Sequence record: PZ445488.1
Length of the DNA: 64,000 nt
Source: a phage
Reading direction: 5' to 3' (one strand)
The first letter of the stretch is position 1. Every line of letters begins with the position of its first letter. The notes under the pieces are model-generated. The model searched no databases, was not told the origin of the DNA, and saw only the letters and a list, made by a program, of their open reading frames with translations. A program made the translations under genes and the position numbers. Shown here piece by piece: positions 54,005 to 64,000 of the stretch.

Positions 54005-54454
54005 TTACCCCTTGTATCCGAGTTTCCTAAGTCCGTCTTCGGTTAGAACTCGAAATTTTATATTTCTCTTTTCAGCAACAGCTGAAGCAGCTTTCCATTT
54101 GTCACAGTTCACAGACCAGGTGTATATTTCATTCATATAACGTTTCTTTGCTGCGGTAGTAAGATTTGCAGGCTTAATAGGTGGTTGAGTTTCTTTCTTT
54201 GGTTTTATTTCTACAAAGAACTCTTGACCTGATGCATCTTTCATCCATATATCCATAAAGTATCGACGTTTTTTACCTTCTGCGTTACAGAAATATGGAA
54301 TTACTGCCGTTTCGCTGCCCCATGCAATAATTTCTGGATTTTTATCTAACCATTCGAAAAAGAATTTTTCCCAGTTTGAACGGTACGTTATTTTGGTATG
54401 GTCTCCACGGTATTTTTTTAAATTTTTTGGGACCCATTTACCAGAGTAGGCCAT
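54005..54454 (-). CDS. 4: head completion protein gp4
   Basis: 149 aa; ATG at 54454; divergent late promoters lie just upstream. Confidence 0.75.
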   Translation of the reverse strand: MAYSGKWVPKNLKKYRGDHTKITYRSNWEKFFFEWLDKNPEIIAWGSETAVIPYFCNAEGKKRRYFMDIWMKDASGQEFFVEIKPKKETQPPIKPANLTTAAKKRYMNEIYTWSVNCDKWKAASAVAEKRNIKFRVLTEDGLRKLGYKG

Positions 54455-54465
54455 GTTGTCCTCCT

Positions 54466-54473
54466 TATAAATA
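54466..54473 (+). promoter_or_regulatory. late promoter motif TATAAATA (plus strand) for gene 53
   Basis: Exact octamer about 43 nt upstream of the gene 53 start. Confidence 0.55.
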
Positions 54474-54480
54474 GTATTAT

Positions 54481-54488
54481 TATTTATA
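54481..54488 (-). promoter_or_regulatory. late promoter motif TATAAATA (minus strand) for genes 4-2-3
   Basis: Exact octamer 27 nt upstream of the gp4 ATG; divergent from the gene 53 promoter. Confidence 0.5.
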
Positions 54489-54515
54489 CCAATTTAATAT
54501 TGGAAGGAGACTATT

Positions 54516-55091
54516 TTGTTATTTACATTCTTCGACCCAATAGGATATAGTGCTAAAACAGTTGATAAGAATGCACCTACTATTCCTATGACAGACATAT
54601 TTCGTAACTATAAAGAGTACTTTAAACGTGTTGCTGCCAATTATAGATTACGTTCTTATTACATTAAAGGCTCTCCACGTCCTGAAGAACTAGCAAACAT
54701 AATTTATGGCAACCCTCAATTATACTGGGTCCTTTTGATGTGTAATGATAACTATGATCCGTATTATGGTTGGATTACATCTCAGGAAGCAGCGTATCAA
54801 GCGTCTATTCAGAAATATGCAAATGCTGGTGGAGACCAAATTCTTTACCATATTAACGAGAACCGTGAGAAATTTTACAATTTAGTTTCATATCCAGACG
54901 AGCCTTTAGTGTGGTATGATAAAGGTGATGAAGCTCGTAAGTATCCGCAATATAAAGGACCTTTAGCTGCAGTAGATACTTATGAAGCGGCAATATTAGA
55001 TAATGAAAAACTTCGTAAAATAAAAATTGTTGCAAAAGAAGATATAAACTCGTTTATTACTGATTTGATTCGTGAGATGGAGATTGCATAA
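54516..55091 (+). CDS. 53: baseplate wedge protein gp53
   Basis: MLFTFFDPIGYSAKTVDKNAPTIPMTDIFRNYKEYFKR... matches T4 gp53; TTG start with GGAGA RBS. Confidence 0.85.
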   Translation: MLFTFFDPIGYSAKTVDKNAPTIPMTDIFRNYKEYFKRVAANYRLRSYYIKGSPRPEELANIIYGNPQLYWVLLMCNDNYDPYYGWITSQEAAYQASIQKYANAGGDQILYHINENREKFYNLVSYPDEPLVWYDKGDEARKYPQYKGPLAAVDTYEAAILDNEKLRKIKIVAKEDINSFITDLIREMEIA

Positions 55092-56827
55092 TGGAAATGA
55101 TTAGCAGTAGCCTTAATTGGTTCGTGGGTGTTGTTGAGGACAGAATGGACCCATTAAAACAAGGGCGAGTTCGAGTTCGAGTCGTTGGTCTTCATCCAGC
55201 ACAGAGAGCACAAGGTGATGTACAAGGTATTCCTACAGAAAAACTTCCGTGGATGACTGTTATTCAACCTATTACGTCTGCATCAATTTCAGGTATTGGT
55301 GGTTCTGTTACAGGTCCTGTTGAAGGAACTCGAGTATATGGTCATTTCTTAGACAAATGGAAAACAAACGGGATTGTACTTGGTACATACGGCGGAATCG
55401 TACGTGAAAAGCCTAATAGACTTGAAGGTTTTTCAGACCCGACTGGCCAATATCCGCGACGTTTAGGTAATGATACGAACGTATTAAACCAAGGTGGTGA
55501 AGCTGGTTATTATTCAAACTCTAACGTAATTCAAGATAACAACTTGGATTATGGTATAAACCCAGATGATACAGATTTAGCAAATATTCCAGAAGATGAT
55601 GACCCTAATTTTACAATAACAGAAATGTTACGTCGTGACGAAGGACTTCGTGATAAAGTGTATTGGGACCATCTAGGGTATCCTACAGTAGGTATTGGAC
55701 ACCTTATCGTAATGGAAAAGACCCGAGATATGTCTCGAATTAATAAATTGTTATCTGATCAAGTAGGGCGTGAAGTAACAGGAAATCCCGGGACTATTAC
55801 ATTAGAAGAAGCAACAGCGTTATTTGAGAAAGACCTTGCTAAGATGCAGAAAGATATTCGTTCTAATTCTAAAGTAGGTCCTGTTTATGCCAAAATGAAT
55901 AGGTCTCGCCAAATGGCATTAGAAAACATGTGCTTCCAAATGGGTGTTGGCGGTGTAGCAAAATTCAATACTATGCTTAAAGCAATGGCCGCAGGCGATT
56001 GGAAAACTGCATACAAATCTGGGCGTGATTCGTTATGGTTCCAACAGACTAAAGGACGTGCTTCACGCGTAACAACAATTATTTTAACTGGTAACATGGA
56101 ATCATACGGTGTTCCTGTTAAAACACCACCTTCGCCTGGTGTTGGTGCCGATTTAGTTACTAGAAATACAGATCCAGAAGATCCGGCTAGTCCTCCTGTT
56201 CCATTAGATTCACGTATCCTTTTTAAAGAACCGGAATCAAGTTATCGTGGTGAATACCCGTATGTTCATGCTATGGAAACAGAAAGCGGACATATCCAAG
56301 AGTTTGACGACACTCCAGGTAATGAACGTTATCGCTTAGTTCATCCAACAGGGTCATATGAGGAAGTTTCTCCATCCGGTCGTCGTACTCGTAAAACTGT
56401 AGAAGACCTTTTTGACATCACTAATGGCGATGGGAACTTCTTGATTTCTGGTGATAAACTTGTTAACGTTGGTGCTAATGAAATATATTATAACATGGCA
56501 GACCGCCTCCATCAAATAGATGGCAGCGACACAATCTTTATTCGTGGTAACCAAACTAAAACTGTTGAAGGCGATGGAACTCTTTACGTTAAGGGCAATA
56601 TCAAAATAGTTGTTGACGGAAATGCAGATATTCTTGTTAAAGGTGATGCTAAAACTCAGGTTGAAGGGAATCATGATTACACCGTCAACGGAAACGTTAA
56701 ATGGACTGTTAATGGTAATGTTGATATGACTGTTGCCGGGAATTGGGCAGAAACAATGTCTACAATGAGCTCAGTAGCTTCAGGACAATACACAATTGAT
56801 GGTAGCCGTGTGGATGTCGGGTTATAA
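55091..56827 (+). CDS. 5: baseplate hub + tail lysozyme gp5
   Basis: 578 aa; internal lysozyme domain (DEGLRDKVYWDHLGYPTVGIGHL, like gene e); C-terminal beta-helix VxGxxxxx-type repeats. Confidence 0.95.
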   Translation: MEMISSSLNWFVGVVEDRMDPLKQGRVRVRVVGLHPAQRAQGDVQGIPTEKLPWMTVIQPITSASISGIGGSVTGPVEGTRVYGHFLDKWKTNGIVLGTYGGIVREKPNRLEGFSDPTGQYPRRLGNDTNVLNQGGEAGYYSNSNVIQDNNLDYGINPDDTDLANIPEDDDPNFTITEMLRRDEGLRDKVYWDHLGYPTVGIGHLIVMEKTRDMSRINKLLSDQVGREVTGNPGTITLEEATALFEKDLAKMQKDIRSNSKVGPVYAKMNRSRQMALENMCFQMGVGGVAKFNTMLKAMAAGDWKTAYKSGRDSLWFQQTKGRASRVTTIILTGNMESYGVPVKTPPSPGVGADLVTRNTDPEDPASPPVPLDSRILFKEPESSYRGEYPYVHAMETESGHIQEFDDTPGNERYRLVHPTGSYEEVSPSGRRTRKTVEDLFDITNGDGNFLISGDKLVNVGANEIYYNMADRLHQIDGSDTIFIRGNQTKTVEGDGTLYVKGNIKIVVDGNADILVKGDAKTQVEGNHDYTVNGNVKWTVNGNVDMTVAGNWAETMSTMSSVASGQYTIDGSRVDVGL

Positions 56828-56830
56828 ATA
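56823..56830 (+). promoter_or_regulatory. late promoter motif TATAAATA (plus strand)
   Basis: Exact octamer overlapping the gp5 stop, 16 nt upstream of the 56846 ATG. Confidence 0.5.
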
Positions 56831-56845
56831 ATTCAGAGGTAAATT

Positions 56846-57307
56846 ATGAAGAAATCCAAAACCATACAATTCCGTTACATTTATAAATCAACAGTAACCA
56901 ACCCAAAGGGGTTGGTTCGAATATATATAGGAAAGCATGAATCCAGATATTTTAATCTAGAGGATGATAATTACGTAGGAAGCGGGGATTATATACAAAA
57001 GATTAAAAACAAACCAGGCTATGCTATAGATTTCGAAATTATCGAATTCGTTTCAACACTCGATGTTTTAAATGAAAGAGAAAAATTTTGGATATCTGAA
57101 TATAGAAAAACAGGCCAGTGTGTTAATATAAAAGACGGTGGAGATGGATTTTCTTCAAACGATTTAAAACGAATGTGGTCTAATCCTGAGTATCGAGAAA
57201 CTCAACTTAAAGCTTTGGCAAAAGGAAAATCTACAAAAGAATTTTCAGAAAAATTTCAAAAATTAATAAACTTAGATGTTCGGAATCTGAATATCGAAAG
57301 AAAATGA
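56846..57307 (+). CDS. GIY-YIG homing-endonuclease-like protein (seg family), catalytic N-terminal part
   Basis: GIY-YIG signature YIYKST...VRIYIGK; first copy of a WSNPEYRE-type DNA-binding repeat; ends in an ATGA overlap with the next ORF. Confidence 0.6.
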   Translation: MKKSKTIQFRYIYKSTVTNPKGLVRIYIGKHESRYFNLEDDNYVGSGDYIQKIKNKPGYAIDFEIIEFVSTLDVLNEREKFWISEYRKTGQCVNIKDGGDGFSSNDLKRMWSNPEYRETQLKALAKGKSTKEFSEKFQKLINLDVRNLNIERK

Positions 57308-57708
57308 GTAATGCGATGAAAACTGCTTTTGAAAATGATCCCACATTAAAAATTCGTATTTCTAATACTGTCAAATCTTTATGGAAATCCGATGAATATA
57401 GAAACAAATTAATTAATCATCCAGGAAAAATAGAAGGAACGAAAAAATCCTGGAATAATCCTTTAATAAGAAAATCAAGATTAGATACTAGAAATAAAAA
57501 ACTAAGATCAGTTGAACCTTGGATTAGTATTGAAAAAGTCAAAAAACTTTGGGAGGATTTGGGAAAACCTCATCCGCAGAAATATAAATGGTTTAGAGAA
57601 AAAGCAATTGAACATAATCTACCGGATGTAAGTTATAACGCAATTTTAAAAGCATTGAAAAAATGTGATTATAAATTTACACCATTGGAGAATTCAATAA
57701 TTGGCTAA
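57304..57708 (+). CDS. seg-family endonuclease C-terminal DNA-binding part (separate ORF or frameshifted remainder)
   Basis: Repeats WKSDEYRNK and WNNPLIRKS continue the motif of the preceding ORF; its frame is open about 26 codons upstream of the ATG. Confidence 0.5.
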   Translation: MSNAMKTAFENDPTLKIRISNTVKSLWKSDEYRNKLINHPGKIEGTKKSWNNPLIRKSRLDTRNKKLRSVEPWISIEKVKKLWEDLGKPHPQKYKWFREKAIEHNLPDVSYNAILKALKKCDYKFTPLENSIIG

Positions 57709-58216
57709 TATACTTCCTTTAAATACCGACTTAGGAGAAGACATGGAAGGGGCGTCTATTGACGTCCTTTTTACTCCACAGTTAGAAACAACCGAAACTT
57801 TAGTGTCAATAAATATAACAGATTATGAACCGACACAAGGCATTACGGTGGACGGTAATCGTTTATATGGAACATATGAAAGTGTGTTTAGCTTTTCTTC
57901 TGATGCATTGAAATACCGATTAAATGATGATTTTGAAACCGCATCTTCATGGGATGATTTACCAAAAGATGAGTCAACACAGTTATATTTGTGGAGAGCT
58001 CCTCAGAATCTTCGTAAAGTGTTTAGTTATACGGTTGAAATGATTTATAACCACCAAGAAGAAAGTTCATCAGGCGGTTCTAGAAGTGACTCTGGTACAG
58101 AACCTCCACCGGCTCCAGTACAAAAAACTCTTACTAAGGTTTATACAAAAACTATAGTAGGAAATTGGAGCAAATGGGCTCATCAATTACGAAACTATGT
58201 TTATGTGAGGCCGTGA
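57701..58216 (+). CDS. hypothetical late protein (gp5.1 position)
   Basis: ORF track; between the seg-like ORFs and PAAR gp5.4. Confidence 0.5.
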   Translation: MANILPLNTDLGEDMEGASIDVLFTPQLETTETLVSINITDYEPTQGITVDGNRLYGTYESVFSFSSDALKYRLNDDFETASSWDDLPKDESTQLYLWRAPQNLRKVFSYTVEMIYNHQEESSSGGSRSDSGTEPPPAPVQKTLTKVYTKTIVGNWSKWAHQLRNYVYVRP

Positions 58217-58218
58217 AA

Positions 58219-58512
58219 ATGTCTGGTTTAAGTTACGACAAGTGCGTTACAACAGGTCATGAAGCATGGCCTCCTACTGTAATAAATGCTTCCCAATCTA
58301 AAGTGTTCACCGGCGGTATTCCTGTTCTTGTGGCAGGAGACCAAATAACACCTCATACAGAAATTAAAAAACCATACGAGACTCATGGAGGTGTTACTGA
58401 ACCTCGTACATCTAAAGTATACATCACCGGTAAAAAGGCCGTTCAAATGGCTGATCCAATTTCATGCGGTGATACTGTTTCTCAGGCCTCGTCAAAAGTC
58501 TTTATAAAATAG
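58219..58512 (+). CDS. 5.4: PAAR-repeat spike-tip protein gp5.4
   Basis: From ATG 58219: [14 protein letters not shown]...; 97 aa as in T4 gp5.4; the track start 58165 is TTG. Confidence 0.8.
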   Translation: MSGLSYDKCVTTGHEAWPPTVINASQSKVFTGGIPVLVAGDQITPHTEIKKPYETHGGVTEPRTSKVYITGKKAVQMADPISCGDTVSQASSKVFIK

Positions 58513-58520
58513 GAATTAAA

Positions 58521-60491
58521 ATGGCAAACACTCCTGTAAATTATCAATTAGCCAGAACAGCGAATGCTATTCCCGAGATTTTTATCGGTGGTACATTTGC
58601 CGAAATCAAACAAAACATTATCGAATGGCTCAATGGGCAGAATGAATTTCTTGATTATGATTTTGAAGGTTCACGCTTAAATGTATTGTGCGACCTTTTA
58701 GCATATAATACTCTTTATATCCAACAGTTCAGTAATAGTGCAGTGTATGAAAGTTTTATGCGTACTGCAAACTTGCGTAGTTCTGTTGTACAAGCGGCTC
58801 AAGATAACGGATATCTGCCTTCATCTAAATCAGCAGCACAAACAGAAATTATGCTCACATGTACGGATGCATTAAATAGAAACTATATCACTATTCCACG
58901 TGGTACTCGTTTCCTGGCGTATGCTAAAGGTACTTCTGTAAATCCATATAACTTTGTTTCCACCGAAGACGTCATTGTAGTTAAAGACAAAAATAATCAA
59001 TATTTCCCACGTCTTAGGTTAGCTCAGGGACGTATTGTTCGCACTGAATTAACATTTGATAAATTAAAACCTATCATTATTCGTGATAAGAACATTGACC
59101 GTAATTTGGTTAAATTGTATGTTGACGGAGCAGAATGGATTAACTGGACTCGCAAATCGATGGTTCATGCTGGTTCTACTTCAACCATTTATTATATGCG
59201 AGAAACTGTTGACGGGAACACTGAATTTTATTTTGGTGAAGGTGAAATCTCTATTAACACATCAGAAGGTGCTTTAACATCCAACTACATTGGTGGCCTT
59301 AAACCTGTCCAGGGTTCTAAAATCGTAATTGAATATATTTCTACTAATGGTGCTGAAGCAAATGGTGCAGTAGGATTCTCTTATGCTGATACATTAGCTA
59401 ATATCACAGTTATTGGAATTAATGAAAACCCAAGTAATAACCCTGACTTCGTTGGTGCGGATGGTGGTGGCGACCCTGAAGATATTGAACGTATCCGTGA
59501 ATTAGGTACAATTAAACGTGAAACTCAACAACGATGTGTGACTGCAACCGATTACGACACATTCGTCTCTGAACGATTTGGTTCTATTATTCAAGCGGTT
59601 CAGACATTTACGGATTCATCTAAGCCTGGGTACGCATTTATTGCTGCTAAACCTAAGTCTGGGTTATATTTGACTTCCGTCCAACGAGACGATATTAAAA
59701 ATTATCTTAATGAGTATAACTTAGGGACGATAACTCCTGTTGTTATTTCTCCTGATTATTTGTTTATTAAAATGAATATTCGCGTTACGTATGCATTGAA
59801 CAAATTACAAGAATCTGAACAATGGTTAGAAGGCCAAATTATTAATAAAATCGACCGGTATTATATTGAAGACGTGGAAATTTTTAACTCGTCATTCGCA
59901 AAATCTAAAATGCTAACATATGTCGATGACGCAGATATTTCTATCATTGGTTCGTCTGCGACTATTCAAATGGTTCGCGAGGTACAGAACTTCTACAAAA
60001 CACCTGAAATAGGTATTAAATACAATAACCAGATTAAAGATAGAACATTAGAATCTAACGTGTTTTCATTTGATAGTTTACGCGTTGACCCTGAAACAGA
60101 AGCTACTATTAAATACGACGTTCGCATTGTAGGTTCAGATAGAAATGACCGTGGCATTGGACAAGTTATCATTGGTCCGTTTGCAGATGGCGACGTTATA
60201 GAAAACGCTTATATTCAACCATATACTGGTGACGATTTTAATAAACTTCATGTTACGGACGGAAGAAACAAATATTACTCTATAGGTGAAGTAAATTATC
60301 CGGCTGATTCAATTTATTGGAATATAGCTAAAATTGATTTAACTTCTGATAGGTTTGAAGTTCAAACTATTGAACTCTATTCAGACCCAGCTGATGATGT
60401 TATCTTTACTAAAGACGGGTCATTAATTGTATTTGAAAATGACTTACGTCCACAATATTTAACCATAGATTTGGAGCCTATTTCACAATGA
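58521..60491 (+). CDS. 6: baseplate wedge protein gp6
   Basis: 656 aa; size and position match T4 gp6. Confidence 0.9.
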   Translation: MANTPVNYQLARTANAIPEIFIGGTFAEIKQNIIEWLNGQNEFLDYDFEGSRLNVLCDLLAYNTLYIQQFSNSAVYESFMRTANLRSSVVQAAQDNGYLPSSKSAAQTEIMLTCTDALNRNYITIPRGTRFLAYAKGTSVNPYNFVSTEDVIVVKDKNNQYFPRLRLAQGRIVRTELTFDKLKPIIIRDKNIDRNLVKLYVDGAEWINWTRKSMVHAGSTSTIYYMRETVDGNTEFYFGEGEISINTSEGALTSNYIGGLKPVQGSKIVIEYISTNGAEANGAVGFSYADTLANITVIGINENPSNNPDFVGADGGGDPEDIERIRELGTIKRETQQRCVTATDYDTFVSERFGSIIQAVQTFTDSSKPGYAFIAAKPKSGLYLTSVQRDDIKNYLNEYNLGTITPVVISPDYLFIKMNIRVTYALNKLQESEQWLEGQIINKIDRYYIEDVEIFNSSFAKSKMLTYVDDADISIIGSSATIQMVREVQNFYKTPEIGIKYNNQIKDRTLESNVFSFDSLRVDPETEATIKYDVRIVGSDRNDRGIGQVIIGPFADGDVIENAYIQPYTGDDFNKLHVTDGRNKYYSIGEVNYPADSIYWNIAKIDLTSDRFEVQTIELYSDPADDVIFTKDGSLIVFENDLRPQYLTIDLEPISQ

Positions 60492-63400
60492 CAGTAAAAG
60501 CGCCAGCAGTCACGAGTCTCAGATTATCTAAATTGTCCGCAAACCAAGTTCAAATTCGCTGGGATGAGGTTGGCGCTAATTTCTACTATTTTGTGGAAAT
60601 AGCTGAGACCAAAACAGCTAACGGGGAAGTAATTCCACGTAATAGCTATAGATGGACTAATTTAGGATATACCGCTGATAACAATTTCTTTGAGTCTGGT
60701 TTAAATTCATTAACAACATATATGATGCGTGTGGCTACAGCAGCGGAGGGATTTGAGCAGTCTGATTGGAGATATACCGAAGAGTTTGAAACATTTGAAA
60801 TAAACGCTTATACATTCCAACATATGATTGAAATGCAATTAGCTAATGAGTTTATTTCTGAAAAATTTACAAAAAATAATACAAACTACGTTGATTTTAA
60901 TAATGACACGATCATGGCAGCACTGATGAGCGAGTCGTTCCAATTTAGTCCTGCATACACCGATGTGTCATCGATTAGAAATTTTATAATTGGCGAAAAT
61001 CAGTATCATGAAATCCAGGGGCATATCCAAGATGTATGTAAAGATATAAATCGAGTATATCTAATGGAATCTGAAGGAATTCTTTACCTTTTTGAAAGAT
61101 TCCAACCTATTGTAAAAGTGTCTAATGATAAAGGCCAAACATGGAAAGCGGTTAAATTGCTTAATGACCGTGTAGGATATCCACTTTCACGAACTGTATA
61201 TTACCAATCAGAATATACGACGTATTTGCTCGGCTATGATAAGATTTTTTACGGGCGTAAATCATCCGATATTCGTTGGTCTGCTGATGATGTTCGTTTC
61301 AGTTCACAAGATGTAACATTTGCTAAAATCGGGGATCGATTAAATTTAGGTTTTGATGTAGAGATTTTCGGTACATACGCGTCATTACCAGGAAACGTAT
61401 CACGTATTGCAGAAGCTATTACTTGTAATGATGACTATGTTTATATTGCGGCCAGAGATAAAGTTCGCTTCGTTAAAACCAGTAACGCTCCTATTGATTC
61501 AGATCCATTATCTCCGACCTATTCCGAACGGTTGTTTGAACCTGAGACGTTTACAATAACAGGCAACCCTAAAGCAGTTTGTTATAAAATGGATTCTGTT
61601 GGTGGAAGAATATTCGCTCTTATTATTGGTGAAGTCGAAAACGTTAATGACGACCCAAGAACAAAGCCTATTTTAGATTCCGTTGATAAAGGTGTATACG
61701 TTTTAGACCATGACGCTGGAACATTTAAAAGGATATTTGGTAATACCGAAGAAGAACGCCGTCGTATAGAACCGGCTTTCACCAATATGTCTACTGACGG
61801 TGTTGAGCTTTATATCTCTTCTAGTAATTTTAAATTTTTGGAATCTGATATTGTTGACGACCCAGAAACGCAATCTAAGTATGGACTTTTAGGAGCAGTT
61901 AAGTACGAATATCCTAGAGAATGGCTCGCAGATAAACATTACCATATGATGATTTTCGCATCAAACGAAGAAAGTAATTGGGAAACTTTTTCACCAACTC
62001 CTATGCAGTATTATGCAGAACCTTTCTTTAGTTATTCTAGAAAATCAGGCACACGTTCTTGGATTAATAACTCTGATAGAGCGGTAGTGATTTATTCTGA
62101 TTTGCTTTACACAAAGGTAGTGGAAAGCCACCCTAGCACTTCACCTGATCGTAAAGTTCATGAATACTGGAATGATGGCGATTGTAAGATTGTTATGCCG
62201 AATATAGAATTCACTGGATTTAAAAAATACGCATCTGGTATGTTGTTTTATAAATCATCAGGTGAAATAATTTCATATTACGATTTTAGTTATCGTGTTA
62301 GAGATAACGTTTCTATAATTTGGAAGCCCACTAATGTATTTTTGACCTCCTCATTACAAAACCAAGAAAAAGAAACTTCTTGGGTTCCTGTTGAAGAGAC
62401 AGGTCTAGCTGACCCGGATTTACGCCCATTACTCACTACAATGATGCCAGAGTCTTATCTGTTGGATAATACAAACTTTGAAGCATTTTGTGAAGCGTAT
62501 ATTCAATATCTTTCTGATGGATACGGGACTCATTATAATAACTTATTGAATTTGATTAAAAATAAATACCCACGAGAAGAACACGCATGGGAATATCTTT
62601 GGTCCGAAATTTATAAACGGAACATTTATTTGAATGCTGAGAAACGTGATTTAGTTTCTAGGTTCTTTGAGTCCAGAAGTTATGATTTTTATTCTACTAA
62701 AGGAACTGAAGCGTCGTATAAGTTTTTGTTTAAAGTTCTTTATAACGAAGACGTTGAAGTGGAAATTGAGTCATCTGCTGGAACAGAGTACGATATCATA
62801 ATTCAATCTGATTCTATAAGTGAAGATTTGGTTGGACAAACTATATACACCGCTACAGGTAGATGTAATGTTACATATTTAGAAAGAAGCTATTCTAAAG
62901 GTAAATTACAATGGACTGTGACTATTCATAACCTTTTAGGTAGGCTTTTAGTCGGTCAAGAAGTAAAAGCCGAAAGACTAGCAGATTTTGAAGGTGAAAT
63001 AGTTCGCGGTATTAAAGGTAAAGAACTTGCCCAAAACACTATCGATTATTTTAATCGTGGTAGAGCTTATTACGTCATGAAAATAAAGTCAAATCTTCCG
63101 TCCTCTCGTTGGAAATCTGACGTACTACGTTTTGTACATCCGGTAGGATTTGGATTTATTGCAATAACCTTATTAACAATGTTTATTAATACAGGATTAA
63201 CGCTTAAACATGTTGAAACTATTATTAATAAATATAAAAATTATAAGTGGGATTCCGGACTGCCTACGGAATATGCAGACCGCGTCGCTCGTTTAGACCC
63301 TCAAGGTAATGTAGAATTCAATCCTGTTACAGGTGAAGTAATTTATGATGCTGGGCCTTATGCCGGTATCGAATACCCTTTACCTGCAAATTATAACGAA

Positions 63401-63586
63401 GAAAATGATAACTCTATTTTCCAAGGACAATTACCGTCCGAACGACGCAAGCCAATGAGCCCATTATTTGACGCATCAGGTACAACGTTCTCTAGATTTA
63501 GAGAGCTTGTTAATGAAAGATTGTTAGATAACGTGGGAAATCCTAGAGACCCGATTAATCCACCACAGGTTAAATTAGATGAATGA
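60488..63586 (+). CDS. 7: baseplate wedge protein gp7
   Basis: 1032 aa, identical in length to T4 gp7; synteny. Confidence 0.9.
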   Translation: MTVKAPAVTSLRLSKLSANQVQIRWDEVGANFYYFVEIAETKTANGEVIPRNSYRWTNLGYTADNNFFESGLNSLTTYMMRVATAAEGFEQSDWRYTEEFETFEINAYTFQHMIEMQLANEFISEKFTKNNTNYVDFNNDTIMAALMSESFQFSPAYTDVSSIRNFIIGENQYHEIQGHIQDVCKDINRVYLMESEGILYLFERFQPIVKVSNDKGQTWKAVKLLNDRVGYPLSRTVYYQSEYTTYLLGYDKIFYGRKSSDIRWSADDVRFSSQDVTFAKIGDRLNLGFDVEIFGTYASLPGNVSRIAEAITCNDDYVYIAARDKVRFVKTSNAPIDSDPLSPTYSERLFEPETFTITGNPKAVCYKMDSVGGRIFALIIGEVENVNDDPRTKPILDSVDKGVYVLDHDAGTFKRIFGNTEEERRRIEPAFTNMSTDGVELYISSSNFKFLESDIVDDPETQSKYGLLGAVKYEYPREWLADKHYHMMIFASNEESNWETFSPTPMQYYAEPFFSYSRKSGTRSWINNSDRAVVIYSDLLYTKVVESHPSTSPDRKVHEYWNDGDCKIVMPNIEFTGFKKYASGMLFYKSSGEIISYYDFSYRVRDNVSIIWKPTNVFLTSSLQNQEKETSWVPVEETGLADPDLRPLLTTMMPESYLLDNTNFEAFCEAYIQYLSDGYGTHYNNLLNLIKNKYPREEHAWEYLWSEIYKRNIYLNAEKRDLVSRFFESRSYDFYSTKGTEASYKFLFKVLYNEDVEVEIESSAGTEYDIIIQSDSISEDLVGQTIYTATGRCNVTYLERSYSKGKLQWTVTIHNLLGRLLVGQEVKAERLADFEGEIVRGIKGKELAQNTIDYFNRGRAYYVMKIKSNLPSSRWKSDVLRFVHPVGFGFIAITLLTMFINTGLTLKHVETIINKYKNYKWDSGLPTEYADRVARLDPQGNVEFNPVTGEVIYDAGPYAGIEYPLPANYNEENDNSIFQGQLPSERRKPMSPLFDASGTTFSRFRELVNERLLDNVGNPRDPINPPQVKLDE

Positions 63587-64000
63587 TTCAAGTGTTGTCT
63601 ATCGTTCGATAGTTACTTCAAAATTTAGAACTGAAAAAATGTTGAATTTCTACAATTCAATAGGTGATGGTGATAATAAAAACACCATCTTTATAACGTT
63701 TGGTCGGTCTGAACCATGGGCTGCTAATGAAAATGAGGTGGGCTTCGCCCCGCCGTATCCAACAGACTCGGTTTTAGGCGTAACAGATATGTGGACTAAC
63801 ATGATGGGTTTAGTTAAAGTTATCCCATCTATGTTAGACTCGGTTATTCCTAGACGTGACTGGGGAGATATTCGTTATCCAGACCCTTATACATTCAAAA
63901 TAAATGATATAGTCGTATGTAATACAGCCCCTTATAATGCTACTGAAGTCGGTGCCGGGTGGTTAGTATATCGTTGCGTAGATGTTCCTGATGTTGGGAT
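63579..64000 (+). CDS. 8: baseplate wedge protein gp8 (5' part; continues beyond window)
   Basis: ATG at 63579 overlaps the gp7 stop (ATGAATGA); MNDSSVVYRSIVTSKFRTEKMLNFYNSIGDGDNK...; not in the ORF track because it has no stop in the window. Confidence 0.85.
   Translation, partial: MNDSSVVYRSIVTSKFRTEKMLNFYNSIGDGDNKNTIFITFGRSEPWAANENEVGFAPPYPTDSVLGVTDMWTNMMGLVKVIPSMLDSVIPRRDWGDIRYPDPYTFKINDIVVCNTAPYNATEVGAGWLVYRCVDVPDVG

Overview
This window reads as one contiguous stretch of a T4-like (Tevenvirinae, RB69-like) myophage genome, with no host DNA, CRISPR array or integrase. About 54 kb of minus-strand early/middle genes in T4 order: a truncated gp42-like hydroxymethylase, DNA polymerase 43, regA, clamp loader 62/44, clamp 45, 46/47, sigma 55, nrdH/G/D, endo VII 49, nrdC, rI, tk, regB, denV, lysozyme e, nudE, two tRNAs, 57B/57A, 1, 3, 2, 4. 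Then from about 54.5 kb, plus-strand late baseplate genes 53, 5, a seg-like endonuclease, PAAR 5.4, 6, 7 and the start of 8. The most interesting feature is a four-gene accessory insert between genes 43 and 42, where T4 carries imm/beta-gt: a KdsD-type sugar-phosphate isomerase, a fused sugar-1-phosphate nucleotidyltransferase/anomeric kinase, a HAD phosphatase and a U32-family Fe-S enzyme. No alpha-glucosyltransferase is present between 47 and 55. Together this points to a phage-encoded nucleotide-sugar pathway, most plausibly NDP-arabinose for arabinosyl-hmC DNA as reported for RB69. Other notable content: a family of palindrome-embedded early promoters (PeSL-like) including an exact 44-bp repeat, at least five internal-protein-like genes with a capsid-targeting leader, a macro-domain protein, a GrcA homolog, and hairpins that sequester the ribosome-binding sites of e and 49. 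All calls rest on reading the sequence and on remembered family motifs; no searches were run. Regulatory coordinates are approximate (about +/-2 nt). Several minus-strand starts were moved from the ORF track's TTG/GTG to an internal ATG with a Shine-Dalgarno.
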